A stretch of 64,000 bases of DNA, taken from positions 386,172 to 450,171 of the forward strand of contig OY970358.1 in the NCBI GenBank assembly GCA_963718575.1, given 5' to 3'. The position numbers and the translations under genes were made by a program. This DNA is from an uncultured bacterium. Its GTDB lineage: Bacteria; Patescibacteriota; Minisyncoccia; UBA6257; 2-01-FULL-56-20. Below are positions 16,719 to 28,739 of this stretch, piece by piece (within the stretch, counting starts at the first letter, position 1; every line of letters starts with the position of its first letter). Below the pieces are notes generated by a model that ran no database searches, was not told the origin of the DNA, and worked only from the letters and a program-made list of their open reading frames with translations.

Positions 16719-18521
16719 CTATACTGCAACTTCGCGACTGCTTTCGTGATACTGTTGCCACAATCCCTGAAATTCGGAGCATGTGGATAGCAGATCATTC
16801 AGACTGCCAGAAGCAATGATCCGTCCGCTGCCCATAAAATAGATGCGATCGAACAGCGGAAGGAGGTGAAGGCGGTGGATGGATGAGACGATGGTCTTTC
16901 CATTAAACTGGCAGAAAATGTTTCGATAGATTCTCATCTCGTTCGCGGTATCGATGCTACTCGTCGGTTCATCGAGCAGCACCACATCCTTATCGTGGCA
17001 CGCGAGCAATCCGCGCGCGAGTGCAAGGCGCTGCCGCTGGCCGCCGCTCAGATTGACGCCCTTCTCCTTAATGAAGGAATCGAATCCATTCGGTAGTGTA
17101 TCGATCACATCAGTAAGACACGCCATGTCGGTAAACCGCCGAACAAATGTCATGTCATATTCCGCGCCAAGCGTGATATTCCCGAAGATGGTGTTTGCGA
17201 ACAGCTCCGGATCCTGCGGAATGAGCGTGATAGCCCTATTGATCCCCTCAAATCCTTGCGCTATTTCCCGGCCATCCACGGAAAGCTTAATGCTCCGCGG
17301 ATGATAGAGGTCACGCATGATCTTGAGGAGCGTAGTCTTCCCGCTTCCACTTTCGCCAACGAGCGCGATCTTCTGTCCATGTATGAGCGAAAGCGAAAGA
17401 TTGTCGAGATGCGACTCTCCATCTTCCTCCTGTGCGTACGAGAAGGAGAGATCTTCGATCCGCAATTCCTGCCAATCTTTCGGCAGAACATGGTTCGTGA
17501 AGTTCTCGACGCGGAAATCCGCAGCGAGTTCTTCGGCATTCATGACCAGCGACGCACGCTGAAGCACCTCGCTATATTTCTGACAAAATTGAGAGGATAG
17601 CTCGGAGATTTGATTGAGGTAGCTGAACAAGAGATAGGACGCGACGATGACGACCCCTTTTGGGGTGCCAATATGACGCAAAAAATAGGTTCCCATCACG
17701 GCGAAGACCATGAATTGTCCAAGCACCTCCATCAAGCACCACTTGATCTCATCAAGCCGCACGTTCTCACTGAAGAGATCGCATGGTTTGTCGATCTTGC
17801 TCGCGAGCGCCTCGAACACAAACCGCTCCACCCGAAGGATGATGACGGTCGTGATGTTGGTTATCGCATCGGTGATGCTCTCCGAAACGGCGTTCTCCGC
17901 ACGGTTGAGCTCCATGTATTGCCCGAGGATCACCCGATCGAACCGTGTGATGACCCATATGATAAGGACGATCCCCACGAGAACGATATAGGCAGACGGA
18001 GGGCTGATGTAGACGAGCATGCCATAGCTCACCACAAACTGAACCCCGGCGTAAATGAACTGGAACGAACCTCCTGAGAAATCATAGAGCGCCCTCGTCC
18101 CTTTCTCGATCTTATCGATCGTATCACCCGAATGATGCTCGACCTGCCATTCGATTGGCAGCATCAGAAGACCCTTTGAGAGATACTTTCGATAGTGAGC
18201 CCGGACCTTGAACGCATTTTTGCGTTCAATGATCCGCGCAGGTCCATGTAATGACCAGAAGACAAGATAGACCACGACCCCAAGTAATAAAAGCTCCAGA
18301 AGAAGCTTCACGCTTGCAGTGGTGAGTCCTTGCTTCTGAATGATGTTGAACATCGCGGCGATGATCAGCGGCAGAAACACCCTTGATATTGCTTTAGCAA
18401 TGACGAACATGATCGAAAAGCACACCACGCTCTTTCGCCTGCCCTCCGAATATCGCCAGGTCTTGCCAAAAAGATACCCGAGCGGATTCATCCCGCGCCT
18501 TTTCCATTGATTCTGCATCAC
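16719..18521 (-). CDS. ABC transporter, fused permease/ATP-binding protein (exporter type)
   Basis: An N-terminal 6-TM domain is followed by Walker A GESGSGKTT, the signature LSGGQRQRLALARGLL and Walker B VVLLDEPTSSID. Confidence 0.88.
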   Translation of the reverse strand: MMQNQWKRRGMNPLGYLFGKTWRYSEGRRKSVVCFSIMFVIAKAISRVFLPLIIAAMFNIIQKQGLTTASVKLLLELLLLGVVVYLVFWSLHGPARIIERKNAFKVRAHYRKYLSKGLLMLPIEWQVEHHSGDTIDKIEKGTRALYDFSGGSFQFIYAGVQFVVSYGMLVYISPPSAYIVLVGIVLIIWVITRFDRVILGQYMELNRAENAVSESITDAITNITTVIILRVERFVFEALASKIDKPCDLFSENVRLDEIKWCLMEVLGQFMVFAVMGTYFLRHIGTPKGVVIVASYLLFSYLNQISELSSQFCQKYSEVLQRASLVMNAEELAADFRVENFTNHVLPKDWQELRIEDLSFSYAQEEDGESHLDNLSLSLIHGQKIALVGESGSGKTTLLKIMRDLYHPRSIKLSVDGREIAQGFEGINRAITLIPQDPELFANTIFGNITLGAEYDMTFVRRFTDMACLTDVIDTLPNGFDSFIKEKGVNLSGGQRQRLALARGLLACHDKDVVLLDEPTSSIDTANEMRIYRNIFCQFNGKTIVSSIHRLHLLPLFDRIYFMGSGRIIASGSLNDLLSTCSEFQGLWQQYHESSREVAV

Positions 18522-18556
18522 CTACTCCCCTCCCTTCGTATTCTGTTGTCAAAAAA

Positions 18557-18588
18557 ACAATGCCTTACTGGATCAGCAAGGCATTGTT
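18557..18588 (-). promoter_or_regulatory. 11-bp-stem hairpin followed by T7 on the minus strand in the 5' leader of the ABC exporter gene
   Basis: The stem is aacaatgcctt...aaggcattgtt. It lies about 36 nt upstream of the ABC start, downstream of a TTGATT-N16-TATAAA promoter-like sequence on the minus strand. Confidence 0.3.
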
Positions 18589-18828
18589 GGTTTCAAAAGT
18601 TGATATTTTATATACTACTTCTTTTGAAAATCAAGGATGCACTGCCGATGCTGGCGGACGATTGCCCAGTCATTCATGCCATTAAGGACGGCCTTCGGAG
18701 AATTGAGATTCCCCTGCCGCGTGGTATAGTCGTTAAAAACAATATGATTTTTAATCACGACTAATAAAATAGCATATTTATAAAAGTAGGTCAAGTTTCC
18801 CAAAGGCTAACCATTCTTCACTAAAACA

Positions 18829-19371
18829 GTGTCCCAATTCTTACGCTATACTATAAGTTCTATGACACCTTCCACATTCGGCAAAGAACTTTATCACGGC
18901 AGTCCAATTCGCATCGAGGGCTCACTAAAACCTATATTGCGGAGCGGCGCGCCCGACTATATTCATACACAACCCGCGGTGTTCGCGACGGAGCGAAAAG
19001 ACATTGCAGCGGTATTTATGTTCCCCACCGACACGCTCGCGAGTATCGGATTTGAAAATGATATCGCGTATATCTGCATTTGGGGAACTTCAAAAGAGTT
19101 CGCGCCAAACGATAAAGGTGGATTTCTTTATATACTTCCCGGAGAAAATTTTCAAAAGATCGGCAAGGAATATGAGTGGCTATCTCTCGAAGCGGTTTCT
19201 CCTATGGACACGATGAAATTCCCCTCGGTGATAGACGGCATGATCGAGTGCGGCGCGCACGTGTACTTTATTGATGACGAGAAGCTGTTCGATCGAATTG
19301 TCGCAGAGAAAGATAATAGAACCCCGATTCTTGCGACTTTGATTTCGGAAAATAAAAAGAGAGGGTTATAG
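18829..19371 (+). CDS. hypothetical protein with a KptA/Tpt1-like ADP-ribosyltransferase-fold signature (LYHGS)
   Basis: KELYHGSPIRIEGSLKPILRSG resembles the LYHGT NAD-binding motif of RNA 2'-phosphotransferase and PARP-like ART folds. No N-terminal RNA-binding domain is present. Confidence 0.3.
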   Translation: MSQFLRYTISSMTPSTFGKELYHGSPIRIEGSLKPILRSGAPDYIHTQPAVFATERKDIAAVFMFPTDTLASIGFENDIAYICIWGTSKEFAPNDKGGFLYILPGENFQKIGKEYEWLSLEAVSPMDTMKFPSVIDGMIECGAHVYFIDDEKLFDRIVAEKDNRTPILATLISENKKRGL

Positions 19372-19476
19372 GATAAAAACGGCCACCGTACGCATGTCAT
19401 CGGTGGCTAATAATATGAGGACGCACCTATTTTGCTGTTATTGCTATTACACTCCTAGCCGAGAAATTGATTTCAA

Positions 19477-20223
19477 TTATTCAAAATCCAACTGCATCGC
19501 AAGATGATCGGAGACCTCGTCCGGTAAAACTTTGAAGTCCTTCACATTGATGCCCTCGCTCACCAATATATAATCGGCAAATTTTCCAGGTTTTTTATAG
19601 ACGCTTGCACGCGTGGAAGTGATGCCAAACTCTTTGATAAGATTGCGCATGTGGGAGCCTTGGATCATCTTAAGACTTTCCGAGTCGGGCAAAAGGTTGA
19701 AGTCACCGCAAAGCACGTGGGGAACCTTGATGCCCGCGAGGAATCGCACGATATTCTCCGCCTGTGAAAAGCGCTCTTCGGTATCTTCTTTGCTGATGCC
19801 ATTCCAAAGGCCATGAAAGTTTGCAATTGTCCGAACGCCCTTCGGCGTTTCGATGGTTATGTATTCAAGGTTGCGAGCATGGTTCACCGCGTTATCATCA
19901 TGAAACATATCTTCACGATCCTTAAAGACAAAAATATCGCCTTCCTCCAAAATTTTTATATTTTTCTTTATAAATATCGCGAGGCCAAAAAAATTCCAGT
20001 AGTGAGGCTTGAAGAATGAAACGAACCCCGGCAAAATTTCGTTGAGATGAGTAAATAGCGCCGGATCAACGTTGGGGCCCCAAATATCTTTGTGCTCGTG
20101 CCCACCCTCCCACACTTCCTGCAAACAAAAAATGTCCGTCATATTTTTATAGCGCGCAAAAAAATCTAAAAGTTCCTTATTCCCGCCACGGCCTGACCAA
20201 GTGTTGAGCGATATCAGTCTCAT
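19477..20223 (-). CDS. endonuclease/exonuclease/phosphatase (EEP) family protein
   Basis: Supporting motifs are SLNTWSG...FCLQEV, GDFN and SDHLAM. Confidence 0.7.
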   Translation of the reverse strand: MRLISLNTWSGRGGNKELLDFFARYKNMTDIFCLQEVWEGGHEHKDIWGPNVDPALFTHLNEILPGFVSFFKPHYWNFFGLAIFIKKNIKILEEGDIFVFKDREDMFHDDNAVNHARNLEYITIETPKGVRTIANFHGLWNGISKEDTEERFSQAENIVRFLAGIKVPHVLCGDFNLLPDSESLKMIQGSHMRNLIKEFGITSTRASVYKKPGKFADYILVSEGINVKDFKVLPDEVSDHLAMQLDFE

Positions 20224-20225
20224 GT

Positions 20226-20774
20226 TTATTGCTTCAATCTCGTCATTTCAATCCCCCTCCTGCTCCCCGCGAGCATCCAGTGAATAAACCACGCGCATAG
20301 CAACCCCACCGCCGCGCCGCCCACGATATCCATCGGCCAGTGCACGCCGGCGTAGATCCGCGCGATGCCCATCAGCAATGACAACCCAAGGAACCACCAT
20401 CCCCACTTGCGATTGGCAAACCAGACGGTGAGCGCGAGCGCAAAGAACCACGCGGCATGCGCCGACGGGAATGACCATCCGCTCTCGCTGATAAGCGGCG
20501 TGAAGCTATAGAAAGAAAACGGGCGCGGCTCGTGATAAAAATATTGGATGAGCGTCGTCACGATCCCGCGCGCGAGGATGATCGCAAGCGCGCCCTCGCA
20601 GAACAGATACACCTTCCGCCGCCATCCCTTTTGATAATAGACAAGCACGAGGAATGCGAGCACGAGTAAATACGGCAGATATTCCGCAAAGAATATCGCA
20701 AGCGTATCCCAGAACGCATTATGATGCCCGGCGGCATAGATGAACTGAAAGATCCTGCGGTCAAGAGAAAACAT
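20226..20774 (-). CDS. PAP2-family phosphatase (undecaprenyl-diphosphatase-like), membrane
   Basis: Motifs SFPSAHA and ARIYAGVHWPMDIV are present. Confidence 0.7.
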   Translation of the reverse strand: MFSLDRRIFQFIYAAGHHNAFWDTLAIFFAEYLPYLLVLAFLVLVYYQKGWRRKVYLFCEGALAIILARGIVTTLIQYFYHEPRPFSFYSFTPLISESGWSFPSAHAAWFFALALTVWFANRKWGWWFLGLSLLMGIARIYAGVHWPMDIVGGAAVGLLCAWFIHWMLAGSRRGIEMTRLKQ

Positions 20775-20830
20775 ATTTGTCTATTATAACATGCGCAACA
20801 AAAAGGGCCGACTTTCGTCGACCCTCATCG

Positions 20831-21046
20831 TTATTTCCTCACGTACGGCAGAAGCGCCATGAACCTCGCCTGCTTGATCGCGGTCGAGAGCTTGCGCTGA
20901 TGCTTTGCGCAGATGTGCGTGTGGCGCGGGTCGATGATCTTTGCCTGGCTCGAAACGAACCGGCGCAAAAGGTCGATCTCTTTATAGTCGATGTTCTTTA
21001 AGTTCTGTGAGCAGAAAAAGCACTGCTGGGCTGTGGTGGGTGCCAT
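20831..21046 (-). CDS. rpsR: 30S ribosomal protein S18
   Basis: CFFCSQNLKNIDYKEIDLLRRFVS...CAKHQRKLSTAIKQARFMALLPY matches the S18 family. Confidence 0.82.
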   Translation of the reverse strand: MAPTTAQQCFFCSQNLKNIDYKEIDLLRRFVSSQAKIIDPRHTHICAKHQRKLSTAIKQARFMALLPYVRK

Positions 21047-21059
21047 GATCGTGTGTTAT

Positions 21060-21632
21060 TTATACTTTCCTTACTTGTAGTGAATCCAGCTCGACCGCCG
21101 TGTCCCGGCCGAAGATCGGCACCAACACCTTGATGCTTCCCTTCTCTTCATTGACTTCGGAGATCTTGCCGTCGTATTCCTTGAACGGACCGTCGGTTAT
21201 TTTTACCAGATCGCCTACCTTCAAGTCAAGGATCATCTTCTTATCGCCCTCGCCGGTGCGCGCGAGGAGGAAGTCCACCTCGTCCTTGGAAAGCGGCGTC
21301 GGCGTCGTATTATCGGGGCCGACGAAGCCGGTCACGCGCGGCGTATTGCGAACCACATACCACGAATCCTCGGTGAGGATCATCTCCACGAGCACATAGC
21401 CCGGATAAATCTTTTCCTCCACCGTCTGCCGCTTGCCCGCCTTCACTTTTATCTTCTTCTCCTTCGGCACGAGAATGTTAAATATCTTATCGCCCATCGC
21501 GAGTGACTCGACGCGCTGCTTCAGATAACGCGAGACCGCCTCTTCATAGCCCGAATAGGTCTGCACGGCGTACCACTGCCGCACCGCCGGCTTTTCGCTT
21601 TGTGTTCCCCCGCTTGGATGATTCAATGCCAT
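21060..21632 (-). CDS. nusG: transcription termination/antitermination factor NusG
   Basis: WYAVQTYSGYEEAV is the NGN domain and the KOW motif is GDLVKITDGPFKEYDGKI. Confidence 0.85.
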   Translation of the reverse strand: MALNHPSGGTQSEKPAVRQWYAVQTYSGYEEAVSRYLKQRVESLAMGDKIFNILVPKEKKIKVKAGKRQTVEEKIYPGYVLVEMILTEDSWYVVRNTPRVTGFVGPDNTTPTPLSKDEVDFLLARTGEGDKKMILDLKVGDLVKITDGPFKEYDGKISEVNEEKGSIKVLVPIFGRDTAVELDSLQVRKV

Positions 21633-21660
21633 ATCTGTTTACTATAATACGATTTCACAA

Positions 21661-21876
21661 TTACGCCAAAATAAAATTTTTATCAAGATACGAAAAAAGA
21701 TAATCAAAGCCGCCCAAAAATACCGCGAGGCCAATGGCGATCCCGATGACGATGAGGGTGAGTCGCGTCGCTTCCTGGCGCGTCGGCCAATTGACGTGGC
21801 GGATCTCGTTCTTTGCCTCACTGAAGAATTTTTTTATCCAGGCGAACATGGTTTCTATTTTTGCTGTTTTTTCCAA
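21661..21876 (-). CDS. secE: preprotein translocase subunit SecE
   Basis: FFSEAKNEIRHVNWPTRQE is followed by a single TM helix, and the gene lies upstream of nusG in the conserved secE-nusG arrangement. Confidence 0.7.
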   Translation of the reverse strand: MEKTAKIETMFAWIKKFFSEAKNEIRHVNWPTRQEATRLTLIVIGIAIGLAVFLGGFDYLFSYLDKNFILA

Positions 21877-22287
21877 TTAAAATACCGCTATACTCGCGGT
21901 TGGAGGTAAGAAGAGTATAGCATTCAATTGGTCTAAACGTCAAATGCGGAGACAAAATGCCTAGTACCACGAGACTCCAAGGGCACACGCACGAGCTGCC
22001 GACCACAGCCCGGGCACACCGGTGGACCCGACGGGAGTCGGACCCGCTTTTCCTGTTTGTTAAAGACAGTGTATTACCGTATAGACGACGGGCCCATGCT
22101 CCACCGGTAAATGCATGCTAGCAAAAAGACCATTAAAACTACGTAAAACAAAAACAGCCCCCGCGAAGGGGCTATTTTTGTAACAAACAGGATTTGAGTC
22201 CGCCATCTCGGCGGGACACTGTCTCGCCTATTATCTTATTCTTTGCAAAGGAAAAGTCAAAAACTTTTTAATAATTTTTTAATAAAC

Positions 22288-24486
<2,199 letters not shown>

Positions 24487-24567
24487 TTATTTTTCGTTAA
24501 AAAATGCCCCTGCGGCAATACAGATATTTTAGCATGTTTCAGAGGAAAAAACCAAGCGGGGAAGCCC

Positions 24568-24608
24568 CGAAATAATTGACAAATACGCTAAATAGGTTTA
24601 TTTATAAA
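24568..24608 (+). promoter_or_regulatory. sigma70-like promoter (TTGACA ... TATTTA/TATAAA) and GGAGG RBS upstream of a small membrane-protein gene
   Basis: ttgaca lies at 24568-24573, an AT-rich -10 region follows about 17-19 nt downstream, and ggagg lies 7 nt before the ATG at 24622. Confidence 0.4.
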
Positions 24609-24621
24609 CTGGAGGTGGCAC

Positions 24622-24834
24622 ATGAGTAGGTTTTTTATATTCGTAGCAATGGCAATCTTCGGATTGGCGCTCTCGCTGACAACGCTGGTTCTGGTTGGGT
24701 TAAATGGATTCGCCGCATTTCCGCCGGGGTCCACCCATGCAAACCTTCTCGGACTCGTACTACTGCTCGGGGTCACCCTCGCGGTAATCGGCATCTATGA
24801 AGCAATCGAATATTCCGGCAGAAAACCGGCTTGA
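24622..24834 (+). CDS. small two-helix membrane protein
   Basis: The 70-aa ORF has two hydrophobic helices, a strong RBS, a promoter-like sequence upstream and a terminator downstream. Confidence 0.5.
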   Translation: MSRFFIFVAMAIFGLALSLTTLVLVGLNGFAAFPPGSTHANLLGLVLLLGVTLAVIGIYEAIEYSGRKPA

Positions 24835-24853
24835 CCCTCTCTGGCCTCTTACA

Positions 24854-24886
24854 AGCCCGCGTTCAAAAACGCGGGCTCTTTTTTAT
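24854..24886 (+). terminator. intrinsic terminator (agcccgcgtt...aacgcgggct + T6)
   Basis: A 10-bp GC-rich stem is followed by cttttttat. Confidence 0.6.
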
Positions 24887-24912
24887 CTACCTGCCGTAAC
24901 CCACAGCCTATT

Positions 24913-26052
24913 TTAGAACTTTGTCGTCTGCGGACTTCCCAACCCCGTCACGTAGTCGTATCGCTTGCGGGCGTCGCAGTAATATTGGCAGGTGCCGTTT
25001 GCACCGCTCGTGATGTCACGGAAATATTTGAGCGTACTGGTGCTTGCCTTGTCGGTATAGAACTTTGCGAGCGCGGCGGAACCGCCGAGTGCCTGGATTG
25101 CGGCCCATTGCGGCGAACCGGCACTCGTACCACCGACAGTGTTCCAGGAGCCCTTTGCTTTCGTACTCGTGCCGGCCGTGAGGTAGACCGGATATCCCGA
25201 CGCCGGATCTGCGTCATACGATACATCCGGAATCGCACGCATGCCGTTCGCTTTGGAGATCTTGTACGCCGTCTGATACGCCGGTTCCTTTTCATAAGCG
25301 CTCACGCCGCCGCCGCTCCCCGACCATGCGCTCTCAGCGATGAGCGTGCCGCTCGACGCGAGCTTGAGCGATGTGCCGCCGACGCCGATCACGTTCGGCG
25401 AGGACGCGGGCCAGCTGGCGCCCGTGCCATCATCGCCGGACGAGGCAAAGAATGCGACGCTCGAGCTCGCCTTGCCGACGAAGTGCGAATCTTCCGAAAG
25501 CTCGTCGGAAAATTCCGCGCCGCCCCAGCTCATCGAAACAGCGACAACGTCTTTTCGCGCGGCGGCGTAATCCACCGCGCTCATCAGATTCGCGCCGGAT
25601 GGCGTCTTTGCCTCCACGAGCAATATCTTCGCGCTCGGCGCGATCGCATGCGCCCATTCGACGTCGAGCGAAGTTTCCATCGCCCAGCCGCTGTTCGTCG
25701 CGGTGGATGTCGCCATTTTATGCTTTTCAAAACAACCGTTCGCGGTCGTGCACGCCGGAAGATTGAATTGCTTATCGAACACCGCAAGGTCGCTCTCCAT
25801 ATTCGCATCGTCGTATGCGTCGATGAGCGCGATCGTCCCCTTCCCGCCGGTGGCGGGAAGGTTATAGATCTTTTTTATCTCCGCCGGCGTCACGCCGGAA
25901 GGCGCCTTTTCGGCCGACTGATATACGTGCACCGGCGGCTTCCCCTGGAAATCCGAAAAACGATACGCCGCATTGGCGGCACCCGACGGAACAAGCGCGG
26001 AAGCGGCCGCGAGGAGCGCGACGAGCACCGCAGATAGTTTTTTTGTTGTCAT
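24913..26052 (-). CDS. secreted peptidase S8/S53 (sedolisin/kumamolisin-like) family
   Basis: It has a signal peptide (MTTKKLSAVLVALLAAASA), an SSGDDGTG region and GGTSAGSPQWAA (the GTSxAxP serine motif). Confidence 0.65.
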   Translation of the reverse strand: MTTKKLSAVLVALLAAASALVPSGAANAAYRFSDFQGKPPVHVYQSAEKAPSGVTPAEIKKIYNLPATGGKGTIALIDAYDDANMESDLAVFDKQFNLPACTTANGCFEKHKMATSTATNSGWAMETSLDVEWAHAIAPSAKILLVEAKTPSGANLMSAVDYAAARKDVVAVSMSWGGAEFSDELSEDSHFVGKASSSVAFFASSGDDGTGASWPASSPNVIGVGGTSLKLASSGTLIAESAWSGSGGGVSAYEKEPAYQTAYKISKANGMRAIPDVSYDADPASGYPVYLTAGTSTKAKGSWNTVGGTSAGSPQWAAIQALGGSAALAKFYTDKASTSTLKYFRDITSGANGTCQYYCDARKRYDYVTGLGSPQTTKF

Positions 26053-26093
26053 GCACCGAGCATACAACAATGTGCATTAAAACTATTTTAAAA

Positions 26094-26139
26094 GACCGAA
26101 AAATAAGGCGTTCCTGCTTCGTTCCGACGCAGGAACGCC
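26094..26139 (-). terminator. intrinsic terminator of the M13 peptidase gene (11-bp stem + T-run on the minus strand)
   Basis: The stem is ggcgttcctgc...gcaggaacgcc. On the minus strand it is followed by ttatttttcgg. Confidence 0.5.
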
Positions 26140-26185
26140 CCCTCACTCAGCAGGTATGCCACATTTTCTGCCTTGATAGTGTTTC

Positions 26186-28141
26186 TTACCAGATCTTCAC
26201 GCGATCGGATTCCTCCCGATATAATTTATCGCCCGGCGTAACATCGAAGGCTTCATAGAATTCAGCCATATTGGAAAGCGGGCCGTTCACGCGATATATA
26301 CCCGGCGAGTGGGGGTCCGTCTGGATCTGCGTACGCAATGCCTGGTCGCGAATATCGACACGCTCCGCAACCGCCAAGCTTTTGAAAAATTCTTGGAAGG
26401 GAGTCATCCTATCGGTACGTGAGCTCTTTGCCGAAGACTCCGATCCCAATGCCAACAGCAATCCGTCATATCCGATCAACAACCCGCCGAGATCCGCGAT
26501 ATTTTCGCCGAGGGTCAACTTTCCATTTACATGGAGACCTGGCAACGGTTCGTACGCATCGAATTGTTCGGCGAGGCGAACGGTCTTTTTATCAAATCGC
26601 TCTTTGTCTTCTTTGGTCCACCAGTTTTGTAAATTGCCGTGAAGATCGAATAACGCGCCCTGGTCGTCAAATCCATGCGTGAGCTCGTGACCAATGACCG
26701 TTCCGACAGCGCCGTAATTTACGGCATCATCGGCGGCTGGATCGAAAAACGGCGGCTGGAGAAACGCGGCAGGGAACAACACTTCATTCATGACCGGATG
26801 ATAACAAGCATTCACTGCTTGCGGCATCATATACCATTCCGTGCGGTCCACAGGCTTCGCGATCTTCTTTATCTGACGATCGAATTCGAACTCGCACGCA
26901 TGGATGTAATTTTGTACGTACGAGCCGGCGCCGATCTCAAGCGCCGTGAAATCCTTCCACTTGTCAGGATAGCCTAATTTCTTCGTCATTGCGGCGAGTT
27001 TTGCGATCGCTTTCTGCTTCGTCTCCGCCCCCATCCAGTCAAGATTCTCAATGCGGGTTTTATACGCGGCGATCAGATGGTTCACGAGATTATTAATCTT
27101 TTCTTTCGCAGTCTCGCTAAAATGTTTTCTTACATACAATTGCCCTACCGCTTCATCGAGCATGGCATCCACAACGCCAAGCACTCGGCGCCAACGCGGC
27201 TTCATTTCCGTTGCGCCGCTGAATGTCCGGCCGTAAAAATTAAATGCTTCCGCCGAAAAATCTTCACTCAAAAAATTACCAACCCCATTCAACACATGCC
27301 ATCGTAAATATGTCTTGATGTCTTCAATTGAAATATCCTCAACGATGCTATTGACCGCCCTCATAAACTCCGGCTGACAAACTATCAGATATTCCGGAAC
27401 GATAATGCGCGCTGCTTCAAAATATTTACTCCAGTCCACGCGCGGCGCGATCATTGAAAGCTCTACGGGGGTCATCTTATTGTATTGCTTTTCGATGTCA
27501 CGTAATTCAACGCGAGTCATCGACGCTTTTGCGAGGCGCGTTTCGATCTCTACAAATATTTTCGGTGCCGGCTCATATGCGGCGATGTTCTTTGAAAGCG
27601 CGATCATCCGGTCGGCATATGCCAAATACCTCTCGCGAATCCCGCGACTCTTCTCGTCGTCATTCAGATAATAGTCCCTGTCGGGCAGGCTCAATCCGCC
27701 CTGACCGATATACAGCGCCATGATTTCACTGTTTTTGAGATCCTGTTCAACGCTACACCCCCAAAACGCACCTATGCCCTGCCGATGCAAGATACCCAAG
27801 AGTGACGGAAGGCCAGCGACATCCGTCACGCCATCTATCGTCGCAAAAAGATCTTTGAGCGGTGCATCTTTTAGCGCATCTAATTTTTCTTCATCCATGC
27901 CGGTGCGATAGAAGTCCCGCACCTTCCGCGCGTTATCATCCAGTTCAGCGTCGCTTTTCACGGCAATTTCCTCAAAGATCGCCTTCAATTGTTTTTCGAC
28001 CTCCACGCGAAGGACGTAAAAAGAACCCCATTTCGATTCCTCCGGCGGGATCGGGTTCTCCTCGATCCACTTGCCGTTCACGAAACGGAAGAAATCGTCC
28101 TGCGGGCGTACGTTATTCATAGTCATCGTATTATAAGGCAA
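26186..28141 (-). CDS. pepO: M13 family zinc metallopeptidase (neprilysin/PepO-like endopeptidase)
   Basis: VIGHELTHGFDD (HExxH), ENIADLGG and NAYY-like motifs are present at the size typical of M13 peptidases. Confidence 0.85.
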   Translation of the reverse strand: MPYNTMTMNNVRPQDDFFRFVNGKWIEENPIPPEESKWGSFYVLRVEVEKQLKAIFEEIAVKSDAELDDNARKVRDFYRTGMDEEKLDALKDAPLKDLFATIDGVTDVAGLPSLLGILHRQGIGAFWGCSVEQDLKNSEIMALYIGQGGLSLPDRDYYLNDDEKSRGIRERYLAYADRMIALSKNIAAYEPAPKIFVEIETRLAKASMTRVELRDIEKQYNKMTPVELSMIAPRVDWSKYFEAARIIVPEYLIVCQPEFMRAVNSIVEDISIEDIKTYLRWHVLNGVGNFLSEDFSAEAFNFYGRTFSGATEMKPRWRRVLGVVDAMLDEAVGQLYVRKHFSETAKEKINNLVNHLIAAYKTRIENLDWMGAETKQKAIAKLAAMTKKLGYPDKWKDFTALEIGAGSYVQNYIHACEFEFDRQIKKIAKPVDRTEWYMMPQAVNACYHPVMNEVLFPAAFLQPPFFDPAADDAVNYGAVGTVIGHELTHGFDDQGALFDLHGNLQNWWTKEDKERFDKKTVRLAEQFDAYEPLPGLHVNGKLTLGENIADLGGLLIGYDGLLLALGSESSAKSSRTDRMTPFQEFFKSLAVAERVDIRDQALRTQIQTDPHSPGIYRVNGPLSNMAEFYEAFDVTPGDKLYREESDRVKIW

Positions 28142-28219
28142 AACGGTCCGGCGCCAAAACGTCTGGGCAGGTCGTATCGGATAAGGTACAATAGTAGCTA
28201 TAAAATATATATTTCACCC

Positions 28220-28723
28220 ATGAAAAAATACATCATCGCAGGCGTGCTCGTAGTCGCGTTCGTGGCATATCTCGTGTTCGCAAATGCAAATAAAGGCGCT
28301 ACGCCGGTGGCGGCGGTGCCGTCCGGCTCCCCTAGCGCGACCATGCCAACCTCCACGCCTCCGACTTCAACCCCGGCAGGGACTCCGCCCGCAACTGTTG
28401 GCGTCGGTGTCGGCACCGGCATACCCACCGCATCCGGTGGCCAGTATAAAGACGGCATCTATACCGGCTCCGTAGCCGACGCGTTCTATGGAAATCTTCA
28501 GGTGACCGTGACGATCAGCGGTGGCGCGATCACCGACGTGACGTTCCCACAGGCCCCGAGCGGCGGCCATTCGGGCGACGTGAGCGCGACGGCATTGCCG
28601 GAGCTCAGGCAGGAAGCGATCGCCGCGCAAAGCGCGAACGTCAACGTCGTCTCCGGCGCGACGCAGGATTCCCAGGCATTCCAGCAATCGCTCGCCTCCG
28701 CGCTCGCGCAGGCAAAGAGCTAA
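28220..28723 (+). CDS. extracytoplasmic FMN-binding domain protein, predicted flavinylation substrate (SGAT motif)
   Basis: An N-terminal TM/signal segment and a Pro/Thr/Ser linker precede an FMN_bind-like domain that ends ...VNVVSGATQDSQAF. The [ST]GA[ST] motif is the known ApbE flavinylation site. Confidence 0.65.
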   Translation: MKKYIIAGVLVVAFVAYLVFANANKGATPVAAVPSGSPSATMPTSTPPTSTPAGTPPATVGVGVGTGIPTASGGQYKDGIYTGSVADAFYGNLQVTVTISGGAITDVTFPQAPSGGHSGDVSATALPELRQEAIAAQSANVNVVSGATQDSQAFQQSLASALAQAKS

Positions 28724-28739
28724 GCGGGCCAATTCCATT

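Noticed and set aside
24985-26037. 350-aa Arg-rich plus-strand ORF
   Set aside because: It is antisense to the S53 peptidase gene, and its composition is typical of a GC-rich shadow ORF.
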